Below, piece after piece: positions 1 to 7,603 of a stretch of 11,225 nt of DNA. The position numbers and the translations under genes were made by a program. Location: the NCBI GenBank assembly GCA_031409335.1, contig JANNWY010000286.1, positions 1-11,225 of the forward strand, written 5' to 3'. Position 1 is the stretch's first letter. Every line of letters starts with the position of its first letter. Under the pieces are notes generated by a model, which worked only from the letters and a program-made list of their open reading frames with translations, was not told where the DNA came from and did not search any database. This DNA is from Chthoniobacteraceae bacterium (GTDB taxonomy: Bacteria; Verrucomicrobiota; Verrucomicrobiia; Chthoniobacterales; Chthoniobacteraceae).

Positions 1-39
1 AGCAATTGGAGCGACACCGGGAGCCTGATGGTGATCTGA
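1..39 (+). CDS. 3' end of an upstream gene (partial, SNWSDTGSLMVI*); resembles a fibronectin type III-like final strand
   Basis: Frame 1 reads 12 codons to TGA at 37-39 and is followed closely by a strong terminator. The S-x-W-S-D pattern is typical of FN3-like C-termini. Too short to be sure. Confidence 0.4.
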   Translation, partial: SNWSDTGSLMVI

Positions 40-59
40 GCACGACCACGAGCAGTCTT

Positions 60-101
60 AAAAAGAGCGGCGTGTTCAGAGATGAGCGCGCCGCTTTTTT
101 T
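60..101 (+). terminator. Rho-independent terminator
   Basis: 13-bp stem AGCGGCGTGTTCA (66-78) / TGAGCGCGCCGCT (83-95) with two G-U pairs, GAGA tetraloop, T7 run at 95-101 and an A-run at 60-64. Confidence 0.85.
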
Positions 102-130
102 GCGGTTGGGTTTGTGGAGGTGAAAAGCGG

Positions 131-397
131 GGCATCCTTGCTGCCATCGCTTACGACATGGATCGCGAGTCCGGGATGGGTGCTGGCGACGAGCGCATCG
201 AGGCAGCCGGTGAGCGTGCGCTCTTCATTGTGCGCGGGCACGAGCACGGTGACGCGCAAGGCATCCTCCGTGGAAGCGGGTAAGACTGCCTCCCGCCAAA
301 GCACCTGGATGCAGGCGGTGATGATGAGGTATAGGCTCAGCGCGCACGGAAAGATCGCGACGATAGGCGCGAGGATGTCGCTCAATTCCGCCAGCAT
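131..397 (-). pseudogene. Truncated GT2 glycosyltransferase (PgaC/IcaA/cellulose-synthase-like N-terminus)
   Basis: Not in the ORF track because the frame runs off the window. ATG at 397 with GGAGG upstream. Translates MLAELSDILAPIVAIFPCALSLYLIITACIQVLW...RVTVLVPAHNEERTLTGCLDALVASTHPGLAIHVVSDGSKDA, i.e. a TM helix plus the GT2 motifs VPAHNEE and DGSxD. Similarity stops at about 131, and the frame then reads through the antisense of the terminator with no GK/DxD motifs. Confidence 0.75.
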
Positions 398-623
398 CTC
401 GCGTCCTCCCTTGCCAGTGGTGTGTGGTTGTCACCTTCAAGTCTGCGTATCTCAGCCAGAGTATGCTGCGCGGTTTCAGGCAGCGTCAGCACGCGGCAAT
501 CGGAACGCGCCTTTGCAGCTCGGATGAAAGTGCGGACGGCTTCGAGATTCTCCGGCTGCGCAGCGATCCATTGATGAATATCGAGGATGAAACATGGTTC
601 GCCGGAAGTGGCTAGAGCCAGTC
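382..623 (-). pseudogene. Orphan C-terminal fragment of a CE4/NodB-type polysaccharide deacetylase
   Basis: The distal part of ORF 382..720 reads LALATSGEPCFILDIHQWIAAQPENLEAVRTFIRAAKARSDCRVLTLPETAQH, matching the final strand-His-helix-strand pattern of CE4 deacetylases. It has no credible start, and its stop overlaps the GT2 start by 16 nt. Confidence 0.6.
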
Positions 624-1157
624 TGGCTGCGGCTCCGGGCTGCCACCTTCGCTGAGGCGGTGCGCACGCCAGTCGGGATTTTGCTCCGCCGCGCGCGCAT
701 CGTTGAACGCGGGCACCCATGCGGCGACTTCGATCCTGGCTTCGCGCAGCATGTCCACGAAACGCCAGAAGCGACCGTCCTCAAATCCCGGCGCGACGGG
801 CGCGATCCTGCTCGGATAGAACGTCTCGCCGCTGACGAATTCGTCGGATTCATCCTGCTTGCACTGAAGCCACACGCGGCGCACTCCCTGCCGGATAAGT
901 CGCTCGACAACCGCGGTCGGGGCAACGTTTCCCGCAAGGTGTGGTGCCGCACGAAGCACGACGGTGTCAACCTGGCCAGCAGGCGCATTGCGCTCGATGC
1001 GCGGCTCCGGGAGGATCAGCGGTGGCAGACTGGCAGATGATCCAGTGGGATAAACGGCTGGCGCGTCGTTCCGCAAGAGGACACTCGCGGCGCAGACTAG
1101 TGACGCAGTGGCGACGAGCGCGGTGATGGCTTTCCAGCGGAGCTTTCGATGTGGCAT
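612..1157 (-). pseudogene. Truncated exported glycoside-hydrolase-like protein (GHL10/DUF187-like TIM-barrel N-terminus)
   Basis: N-terminal basic plus hydrophobic segment, then GVRRVWLQCKQD...GETFYPSRIAP...IEVAAWVPAFND...NPDW...WL. The frame stops at TAG (612-614) after 181 aa, roughly where the barrel should continue. Confidence 0.65.
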
Positions 1158-1219
1158 GGCAGGAGTTTCGGGAAGGCAATACCTTTCGGCCTGATCGCTC
1201 TGCCTGCCGAATGCGGAAT

Positions 1220-1237
1220 TGTATCCGATCAGTTACA
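1220..1237. promoter_or_regulatory. Putative operator or promoter element, copy 1 (TGTATC-cgatca-GTTACA)
   Basis: Imperfect 18-bp palindrome in the divergent intergenic region between the hydrolase gene and the response regulator. Recurs at 3685 and 3770. Confidence 0.6.
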
Positions 1238-1305
1238 AGCGCCGCGGTTTGCGTGACGCGTGACCTCGATCAGCCCGCAGCAGTCCAGACGCACGGAAAT
1301 GAACT

Positions 1306-1335
1306 TTGATATTGCCGCTGCTCCGATGTTAGATT
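1306..1335 (+). promoter_or_regulatory. Putative sigma70 promoter of the response regulator
   Basis: TTGATA (1306-1311), 18-nt spacer, TAGATT (1330-1335) with an extended TGn, 30 nt before the ATG. Confidence 0.4.
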
Positions 1336-1365
1336 TTCACCCAATCCCACAGCCAACATAAGACC

Positions 1366-2076
1366 ATGCGCGTGCTCGTTATCGAAGATGAAAAACAACT
1401 CGCCCGCCACATCACCCGCGCGCTCTTTCGCACCGGGCACGATGCAAGCGCGGTGCATGATGGCTTGGAGGGATTGCGCGCGGCGCTGGATCATCCGCCA
1501 GAAATCATCGTGCTCGATTTGAACCTGCCGGGGCTGGAAGGTTTGGAAGTGCTGGCTCGTTTGAAGCACGAGAAGTCTCCATCGCGAGTTATCATCCTGA
1601 CCGCACTGGGTGATGTGGCCAGCCGCATCAAGGGACTCAAGGCGGGTGCCGATGACTATCTGCCGAAGCCATTCGCGATGGATGAATTGCTGGTGCGGAT
1701 CGAGGCGCTGGGCCGTCGCGCGGCGGCACCCACCGCAGCGGATTGGCTCGAAGTCGCCGATCTCCGGATGGATGTGCAACACCGGCGGTTGATGCGCGCG
1801 GGGCAACCCATCACGCTTTCGCCGCGTGAGTTTGATGTGATGCAGGTGCTGATGCAGGAGCCGGGGCGCATTTTTTCGCGCACGGAACTTTGCGAACGGG
1901 TGTGGCAGCGCGAACATGCCTATGACATGCGTACGGTGGACATCGTCATCGGCAGGCTGCGGAAGAAGGTGGATGCAGGCTTCGCCGAGGCGCTCATCCA
2001 CACCACGCGGGCCGTGGGTTATACGGTGCGGGCCCCAGGCGCAGTCGAGGAAAGCGGCGCGATCAAATCGCGGTGA
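1366..2076 (+). CDS. OmpR/PhoB-family two-component response regulator (CusR/CzcR-like)
   Basis: Receiver motifs IEDE, VLDLNLP (phospho-Asp), ILTA and DDYLPKPF. Winged-helix motifs LSPREF, FSRTEL, VDIVIGRLRKKVD and IHTTRAVGY. Confidence 0.95.
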   Translation: MRVLVIEDEKQLARHITRALFRTGHDASAVHDGLEGLRAALDHPPEIIVLDLNLPGLEGLEVLARLKHEKSPSRVIILTALGDVASRIKGLKAGADDYLPKPFAMDELLVRIEALGRRAAAPTAADWLEVADLRMDVQHRRLMRAGQPITLSPREFDVMQVLMQEPGRIFSRTELCERVWQREHAYDMRTVDIVIGRLRKKVDAGFAEALIHTTRAVGYTVRAPGAVEESGAIKSR

Positions 2077-3586
2077 CTGCGGATCGAGAGTGACGGCGCG
2101 TGAGCAGGGCCAGACTGCCTGCCATTAACAGGAGCGCGCCGGCCGGCTCGGGCACGGGGCGGATGGCATAGACGATTCCCCCGGTTCCGTTGGCATTGGT
2201 GTTGGTGACGAGTGCGTAAAGCTCTCCTTCGGCGTCCTCGCCAAAGCCATGCACGGTCAGGCTGTTGGGCAGGAAGGTGGTGCTGAATTGGGGAAGCAGG
2301 AACTCGTTGATGATGCCAGTATCGAGGTCGGCGTAGAAAAGGCGTCCGTCCACACGCGTCGGGGCGTTCCGCAACGCTAGGTCGCCGAAGACATACTTGC
2401 CGTATAGCTCGGGGATATCGTCGCCGCGATAGACGAAGCCGCCGGTAATCGAGATGCCGTCGCCGTGATCGTATTGGAGGGTGCCAAGGGTGCCGGTGAT
2501 GGGGTCGATCAGCCCGGCGGGAGAGCCCGGCGAGCGCGCACCCACGAGGCCGGTGGCGCGGTCGAAGAGGAAATCGCCTTCCTTTACCGCCCAGCCATAG
2601 TTGCCACCGAGCACCACGCGGTCGATCTCTTCGACTGCGCCTTGCCCTACGTCCGCCGCGATGAGTTGACCGTTGAGCCGGTCAAAGGCGAAGCGATACG
2701 GATTGCGGAACCCTAAGGCATAGGTCTCGGGCACCTGGCCTGCTCCCTGGAAAGGGTTCGTGGTCGGGATGCGATACTGGCCATTGCCGCTGACTTGGTC
2801 GAGGCTGCCAGCGTTCAAGGCGGGGTTGATCGGGTCGAAGCGCAGCATCTTGCCAAGCGGGGTGCTCAGGTTCTGCGCGTTGCCGCCGGGCTCAATATGG
2901 CTGACCCCGACATCCCTGGCATTGCCGCCGTCTCCCAATCCGAGATACAAATAGCCATCGGGGCCGAATGCGATCGTGCCGCCGTTGTGGTTGTTCGCGT
3001 TCTTTCCAAACGAGATGACCTCGCGGCGGGATGCGGGATCAATCACGTTGGGGTCCACGAGACTCATCTTAAACTCGTTCACGACCGTCTTGAAGTTTTG
3101 AGCTGCCAGGCCGGGACCATTGCCGGCATTGGGGGTGAGATACGTCACTCCAGTTCCGAGCGGCTGGCTGTTGAAGGTATAGAGTGTTTGAAAGCCGGGA
3201 CTGCCCGGGGTGTTAAAGCCGGGATGAAACGCCAGCCCAAGCAAGCCGCGCTCGTCGTTTGCGTTGGCCGGGTTAAAAGAATTTACTCCAGCGGTAGCCC
3301 CCAGTGAAATGACGCTGCCCAGATCGAGAGCCGGTGTCGGCAGTATGCTTCCATTTTGCAGGATTAGCAGCTGCCCCCTTTGCTCCACGATGAAGAGACG
3401 GCTGACATCGCCTGGCGCGCTGATCGCATAGTCCGGCGCAGCTAATCCGGTCGCAACTGGCAGAAGGCTGATCGCGATGGTCCCTCGCTGGATCGGCGGC
3501 AGCACGTCCTGAGCTTTAGCATTCGCGTGAAGTGCCAGCGCACAGGCCAGCGCGAGTCCGAGTTGTTTTGATGGAATGGTTTTCAT
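2063..3586 (-). CDS. PQQ-dependent glucose/sorbosone dehydrogenase-family beta-propeller protein with signal peptide and PEP-CTERM sorting signal
   Basis: Start revised to MKTIPSKQLGLALACALALHANAKA (signal peptide). Motifs ERGLLGLAFHP, NHNGGTIAFGPDGYLYLGLGDGG, GFRNPYRFAFD, DVGQ..EEID and GGNYGW. Ends VPEP + hydrophobic helix + RRH. Confidence 0.9.
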   Translation of the reverse strand: MKTIPSKQLGLALACALALHANAKAQDVLPPIQRGTIAISLLPVATGLAAPDYAISAPGDVSRLFIVEQRGQLLILQNGSILPTPALDLGSVISLGATAGVNSFNPANANDERGLLGLAFHPGFNTPGSPGFQTLYTFNSQPLGTGVTYLTPNAGNGPGLAAQNFKTVVNEFKMSLVDPNVIDPASRREVISFGKNANNHNGGTIAFGPDGYLYLGLGDGGNARDVGVSHIEPGGNAQNLSTPLGKMLRFDPINPALNAGSLDQVSGNGQYRIPTTNPFQGAGQVPETYALGFRNPYRFAFDRLNGQLIAADVGQGAVEEIDRVVLGGNYGWAVKEGDFLFDRATGLVGARSPGSPAGLIDPITGTLGTLQYDHGDGISITGGFVYRGDDIPELYGKYVFGDLALRNAPTRVDGRLFYADLDTGIINEFLLPQFSTTFLPNSLTVHGFGEDAEGELYALVTNTNANGTGGIVYAIRPVPEPAGALLLMAGSLALLTRRHSRSAVTAI

Positions 3587-3684
3587 AAGAGTTCTCGTGA
3601 GGTTGGATTGTGGGGCGGGTCGCCGTGCGCGCGTGAGCAGCGTCCGAAGCATGGGTTCCGGGAGTTTGGAGTGAAATCAATTAT

Positions 3685-3702
3685 TGTATCGGACCTGATA
3701 CA
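3685..3702. promoter_or_regulatory. Putative operator, copy 2 (TGTATC-ggacct-GATACA, perfect 6-bp arms)
   Basis: Perfect inverted hexamers with a 6-nt spacer in an AT-rich patch about 100 nt upstream of the dehydrogenase start. Confidence 0.6.
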
Positions 3703-3769
3703 GGAAATGCGGAGAAGCAACTGGCGTGGTGGGAAATCAGAAAACGTTCGCCCGCCAAAGGCGCGGAAT

Positions 3770-3787
3770 CGTATCAACATCGTTACA
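3770..3787. promoter_or_regulatory. Putative operator or promoter element, copy 3 (CGTATC-aacatc-GTTACA)
   Basis: Same geometry as the other copies and shares the flank GCGGAAT (3763-3769) with copy 1 (1213-1219). Confidence 0.6.
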
Positions 3788-3895
3788 TTGCCACCGCTCT
3801 GCCAGTGTGTCGGAGCTTTTGCACGAGGTGGCGGAACATCCGCGCGGACAGCAGCCTTTTCCTCCTGCGTCGTGGCTGCTAGCGTCACCACCCAA

Positions 3896-4543
3896 ATGAG
3901 ACTGCGCAACGCCCTTGCCATATTTACCGTGTCGATCGTGCTGGTTGAGCCTGCCCTTTCCCAGGCCTTGGTGGAAGGGCACATCACGCTGCCGAAGACG
4001 CGCCATGCTCCCGTCGCGAACAAGCGCTACGAAATCGTTTCGACTGGCGGGGTGCTGGCGCCGTATCCGCCGTTTGCGGTGGTTTATTTGGAGGGAAGAT
4101 TTTCGCTGCCCGCCGGCGACTTGCCGGTTCAGCAGATGTCGCAAAAGGATCTCGCCTTCGTGACGCCGCTGCTGCCGGTGCGCGTGGGGACGAAGGTCGA
4201 GTTTCCAAATCTCGACAACACGTTTCACAACATCTTCTCGTTCTCCCCGGTGAAACGATTCGACCTCGGGCGCTACACCTCCGAGGAGCGCCCGATTCCT
4301 TCGCAGGTGTTTGATAAGCCGGGTCTGGTGACGCTGCGCTGCGACATCCACGAGCATATGCGCGGGCTGATCGTCGTGCTCGACACGCCGCACTTTGTGA
4401 AGACGGACGCCGATGGCCGTTTCAAGCTCGGCAATCTGCCCTCCGGCAGCTACAAGCTGAAAGCATGGCTCGACAGCAAAACCACTCTCGAACGCCTGGT
4501 GGAGCTGAAAGCCGGCTCGACCCTGCGCGTGGACCTGCCGTGA
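3896..4543 (+). CDS. Secreted cupredoxin-like protein with carboxypeptidase-regulatory-like beta-sandwich (type often annotated 'methylamine utilization protein')
   Basis: Start revised to MRLRNALAIFTVSIVLVEPALS (signal peptide). FPNLDNTFHNIFS and LRCDIHEHM supply a His/Cys/His/Met type-1 copper-like ligand set. C-terminal KTDADGRFKLGNLPSGSYKLKAW. Confidence 0.85.
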   Translation: MRLRNALAIFTVSIVLVEPALSQALVEGHITLPKTRHAPVANKRYEIVSTGGVLAPYPPFAVVYLEGRFSLPAGDLPVQQMSQKDLAFVTPLLPVRVGTKVEFPNLDNTFHNIFSFSPVKRFDLGRYTSEERPIPSQVFDKPGLVTLRCDIHEHMRGLIVVLDTPHFVKTDADGRFKLGNLPSGSYKLKAWLDSKTTLERLVELKAGSTLRVDLP

Positions 4544-6312
4544 CTTCGCTGCCCGGCGGCGAGTCCGGGGTGGCGGCGTTTCGCGCGAAGCTGCTCGCGG
4601 CGATGACCCTCGTGGTCGCGGCGCTCACGCTTTTCGGGCTCTATCTCATGGAGCGCTCGGTGGTCCGGGAAACGCAGCACGATTTGCAACTGGCGTTTGC
4701 TTCCGAACTCAGCCTGCTCCGCACCGTGCGCTACATCCGCCACGGCTCGCTTGCCGAGCGTTGCCGCGCCCTCGTTCGCAAGCCGCGCATTCACGCCGCA
4801 CTGGAGGACAACGCGCTCGATCTGCTCTACCCCAGCGCGAAGGATGAACTCGGCGACGCGCTGCCGCCGGGCGAATCGCCGGGAGACGCGACGGCGCGCA
4901 TCTCGATCCGTCCGCGGTTTTACCGCTTCGTGGATCACGATGGCGCGGTGATCCCGCCGGTGAATGCACCCGAAGTCGGCGCGCTCGCTCCCGATGAAGA
5001 GCGGCGTCTCACCTTCACCGGCGTGCCGCAGATTCAGCAAAATGGTTTCCTCATCCGATCCGGCAGCGAGATCGTGGAACTGATCGCGACGCCCATCATT
5101 TCCACGGAAACCGGCGAGGCCGTCGCAGCGCTGGTCGCGGGGTTTCCCCCGGTCGCCAACGAGCGCGGCCAGACCGGTCTGCACACGGGACTTTGGCTGG
5201 ATGGAAAGTTGCACCTTCCCTCGCTTTCGGAGGCCGCCCGGCTGGCGCTGGAAAACGAGGTGCCCGGGGTCATTGCCCGCGACGAAGGCGCTGCGACAAA
5301 GGGTTTGCCAGTCATGGTGGACGGCGCGGAGCAGATGCTTTTTGTGGAGCGGCAAAATCCTGGCTCGATGTTTCCAGCCGCGTATGAAGTCGGTATCTTC
5401 CCGCTCGCGGGCCTGCTCGCCCGGCAGCGCGATCTGCGCTGGGATGCCGCGCTCGCCGGCGCACTGCTGCTCGCACTCGGCGTCGGCGCGAGCTTTTACA
5501 TCTCCGCCCGACTCGCGGCGCCGGTGCGCGAGCTGGCCGCGGTTTCCCAGGAAAATCGCGTGCTGCGCGAACGCGCGGAAGCGGCGCTCGTCGTCAAGGG
5601 CCAGGAGTTGGAACGCTCGATCCGCTTTTCTGCCGATGCTTCGCATCAACTCAAGACGCCCGTGGCGGTGCTCCGCGCCGGGCTCGATGAAATGCTGGCG
5701 CGTGACGACATTTCCAGCGAATCGTGTGAGGAGCTTTCCATGCTTGTCCACCAGACGTTTCGCCTCACGAGCATCATCGAAGATTTGCTGCTGCTTTCCC
5801 GCCTCGATTCCGGACGGTTGCACCTCGAGCTGTCGCCCGTCGATCTCACCCGTGTCGTCGAGACCTGCGTGGATGATCTCCGCCTCTCGCACGTCGGCCC
5901 GCCGCTCGATGTGGAGATCGAATTGCCCGTGGAAATCCAGATCGCCGGAGACATGCGTTACACGATGCTCATCGTCGGAAACCTGATGGAAAATGCCCGC
6001 AAGTACGGCCACCCCGGAGCGCCGATCCGCATCGTCGCGTCGGAATCCGGCGACGCCGTTTCGCTCGTGGTTTCCAATCAGGCCGACCCGATCCCGCAGG
6101 CCTCGCGCGAGCATATTTTTGAACGCTTCCACCGCGCGACCGTCGGCGAAAACATCCCGGGCCACGGCCTCGGCCTGAATCTCGCGCGGCAACTCGCGCG
6201 GCTGCATGGCGGCGATGTGCGCCTGCTGCGTTCGGATGCGAATTGGACGGAATTTGAGGTTTGTTTTCGCAACGCCAGTTCGCTCCCCGCCGAGACGCTC
6301 GAAGTCGCATGA
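4540..6312 (+). CDS. Membrane sensor histidine kinase (HisKA + HATPase_c) with large periplasmic domain
   Basis: GTG start overlaps the upstream stop (GTGA). Two TM helices flank about 270 aa. H-box FSADASHQLKTP, N-box NLMENARKY, F-box IFERFHR, G2 GHGLGLNLA. Confidence 0.93.
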   Translation: MTSLPGGESGVAAFRAKLLAAMTLVVAALTLFGLYLMERSVVRETQHDLQLAFASELSLLRTVRYIRHGSLAERCRALVRKPRIHAALEDNALDLLYPSAKDELGDALPPGESPGDATARISIRPRFYRFVDHDGAVIPPVNAPEVGALAPDEERRLTFTGVPQIQQNGFLIRSGSEIVELIATPIISTETGEAVAALVAGFPPVANERGQTGLHTGLWLDGKLHLPSLSEAARLALENEVPGVIARDEGAATKGLPVMVDGAEQMLFVERQNPGSMFPAAYEVGIFPLAGLLARQRDLRWDAALAGALLLALGVGASFYISARLAAPVRELAAVSQENRVLRERAEAALVVKGQELERSIRFSADASHQLKTPVAVLRAGLDEMLARDDISSESCEELSMLVHQTFRLTSIIEDLLLLSRLDSGRLHLELSPVDLTRVVETCVDDLRLSHVGPPLDVEIELPVEIQIAGDMRYTMLIVGNLMENARKYGHPGAPIRIVASESGDAVSLVVSNQADPIPQASREHIFERFHRATVGENIPGHGLGLNLARQLARLHGGDVRLLRSDANWTEFEVCFRNASSLPAETLEVA

Positions 6313-7544
6313 GCATTCTTCGCGTCGGCGCGCTCTCGTTCTTCGCGGTCGCCGGGACGGGTGCGGCGGAAGATTTTCTCGACCGCGTCGATCAAGCGCT
6401 GACGATTTCGGCGTTCGACGATCAAGTCCGCGCGCGGCTCAGCGGCTCGCTCGATCTCGAGTTTTACCACTTCGATTCCCCCGCGCCGGGCCTCATTTTT
6501 TCGCCCGATCATTCGCTCTTCAATCCGCGGCTCACGCTCTTCCTCGATGTGCAGCTCGGCTCGAAAATCTACGCCTTCGCGCAGGCGCGCGCCGATCGCG
6601 GCTTCGATCCCAGCGATCAAGATGCCGAGGTGCGGCTCGACGAATACGCGCTGCGCATCACGCCGTGGGAAGACGGGCGCTTCAATTTCCAGATCGGGCA
6701 ATTCGCAACAATCGTCGGCAACTGGGCGACGCGCCACGGCTCGTGGGAAAATCCCTTCATCACCGCGCCGCTTCCCTACGAAAACCTGACCGGCATCTGG
6801 GATTCCGCACCCCCAGTTTCGAGCCGCGAGCTTTTTAGTTGGTCACATGTGAGCGACGGACGCGGTGGATTTTTTGGCGACGATTACTCGGACAAAAACT
6901 TGCGCCAGCCGATCGTTTGGGGTCCCGCGTACACTTCCGGTTTTTCGGTTTCCGGCCGCATCGGAAAGTTTGAGTATGCGGCGGATTTCAAAAACTCTGC
7001 GCTCTCTTCCCGGCCGGAGTATTGGGGCGCGCAGGATGCGCAGTGGCAGCATCCCGCGATCAGCGCGCGCGTCGGCTTTCGCCCGAATCAAATGTGGAGC
7101 TTCGGTGTTTCCGGCAGCGTCGGCACCTATTTGGATCACGATGCGAAGGAGTTTCTCCCGCCCGGCTACGGACTCCGCGATCATCGCCAGATCGTGATCG
7201 CGCAGGATTTCAGCTTCGCGTGGCACCAGTGGCAGGTGTGGGCGGAATACTACGCGGCGCGCTTTGAAATCCCGACGATCGGTGACGCCGACACGCTGGC
7301 CTACTACATCGAGGCGAAATACAAACTCACGCCGCAGCTCTTCGGAGCGCTGCGCTGGAATCAGCAATTCTACAACCGCATCGACGGTCAGCGCTGGGGC
7401 CGCGAGATGCGGCGGATCGACGCATCCGCCGCGTTCCGCTTCACGCCGCACACACAGCTCAAGCTCCAATACACCCTCGAAGACGAGGAAGGCCCGCGCG
7501 GCCTGAGTCACGGCGTCGCCGCGCAGTTCACGATTCGTTTTTAG
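6309..7544 (+). CDS. Putative outer-membrane beta-barrel (porin-like) protein
   Basis: ATG overlaps the kinase stop (ATGA). Signal peptide MSILRVGALSFFAVAGTGAA, aromatic-rich alternating beta-strands, and C-terminal Phe (GVAAQFTIRF) matching the BAM signal pattern. Confidence 0.8.
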   Translation: MSILRVGALSFFAVAGTGAAEDFLDRVDQALTISAFDDQVRARLSGSLDLEFYHFDSPAPGLIFSPDHSLFNPRLTLFLDVQLGSKIYAFAQARADRGFDPSDQDAEVRLDEYALRITPWEDGRFNFQIGQFATIVGNWATRHGSWENPFITAPLPYENLTGIWDSAPPVSSRELFSWSHVSDGRGGFFGDDYSDKNLRQPIVWGPAYTSGFSVSGRIGKFEYAADFKNSALSSRPEYWGAQDAQWQHPAISARVGFRPNQMWSFGVSGSVGTYLDHDAKEFLPPGYGLRDHRQIVIAQDFSFAWHQWQVWAEYYAARFEIPTIGDADTLAYYIEAKYKLTPQLFGALRWNQQFYNRIDGQRWGREMRRIDASAAFRFTPHTQLKLQYTLEDEEGPRGLSHGVAAQFTIRF

Positions 7545-7567
7545 AAAAAGGCGGAAGCGTCCACCGC

Positions 7568-7596
7568 TCGACAAGACTCCCGCCGCCCGCTACCAA
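7568..7596 (+). promoter_or_regulatory. Putative sigma70 promoter giving a leaderless or near-leaderless lactonase mRNA
   Basis: TCGACA, 17-nt spacer, TACCAA, then 7 nt to ATG 7604. No Shine-Dalgarno sequence. Confidence 0.4.
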
Positions 7597-7603
7597 ATCG
7601 CGC

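Noticed and set aside
1..101. Possible riboswitch or ncRNA ahead of the terminator
   Set aside because: No riboswitch consensus recognised, and the sequence reads simply as a CDS end followed by a terminator. An Rfam scan including upstream sequence would settle it.
612..614. TAG read-through (pyrrolysine or recoding) in the hydrolase gene
   Set aside because: The in-frame sequence after TAG (PLPANHVSSSIF...) is not hydrolase-like and soon stops. The meaningful protein is in another frame and a different family.
2096..3640. 12-nt direct repeat GCGCGTGAGCAG near both ends of the dehydrogenase gene, considered as a target-site duplication
   Set aside because: One copy is inside the coding tail, and chance 12-mer matches are expected in 11 kb of GC-rich DNA.
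3608..3895. Long N-terminal extensions in the ORF track (starts at 3608, 3652, 4465, 6261, 11124)
   Set aside because: Signal peptides, stop/start overlaps and promoter positions support the downstream starts at 3896, 3586, 4540, 6309 and 11010.
4450..6207. 585-aa antisense ORF, and similar long shadow ORFs (6..527, 1270..2001, 3737..4393, 6843..7574, 7541..8293, 9470..10291)
   Set aside because: They lie opposite well-supported genes, show no recognisable motifs, and are expected from GC-rich codon bias.
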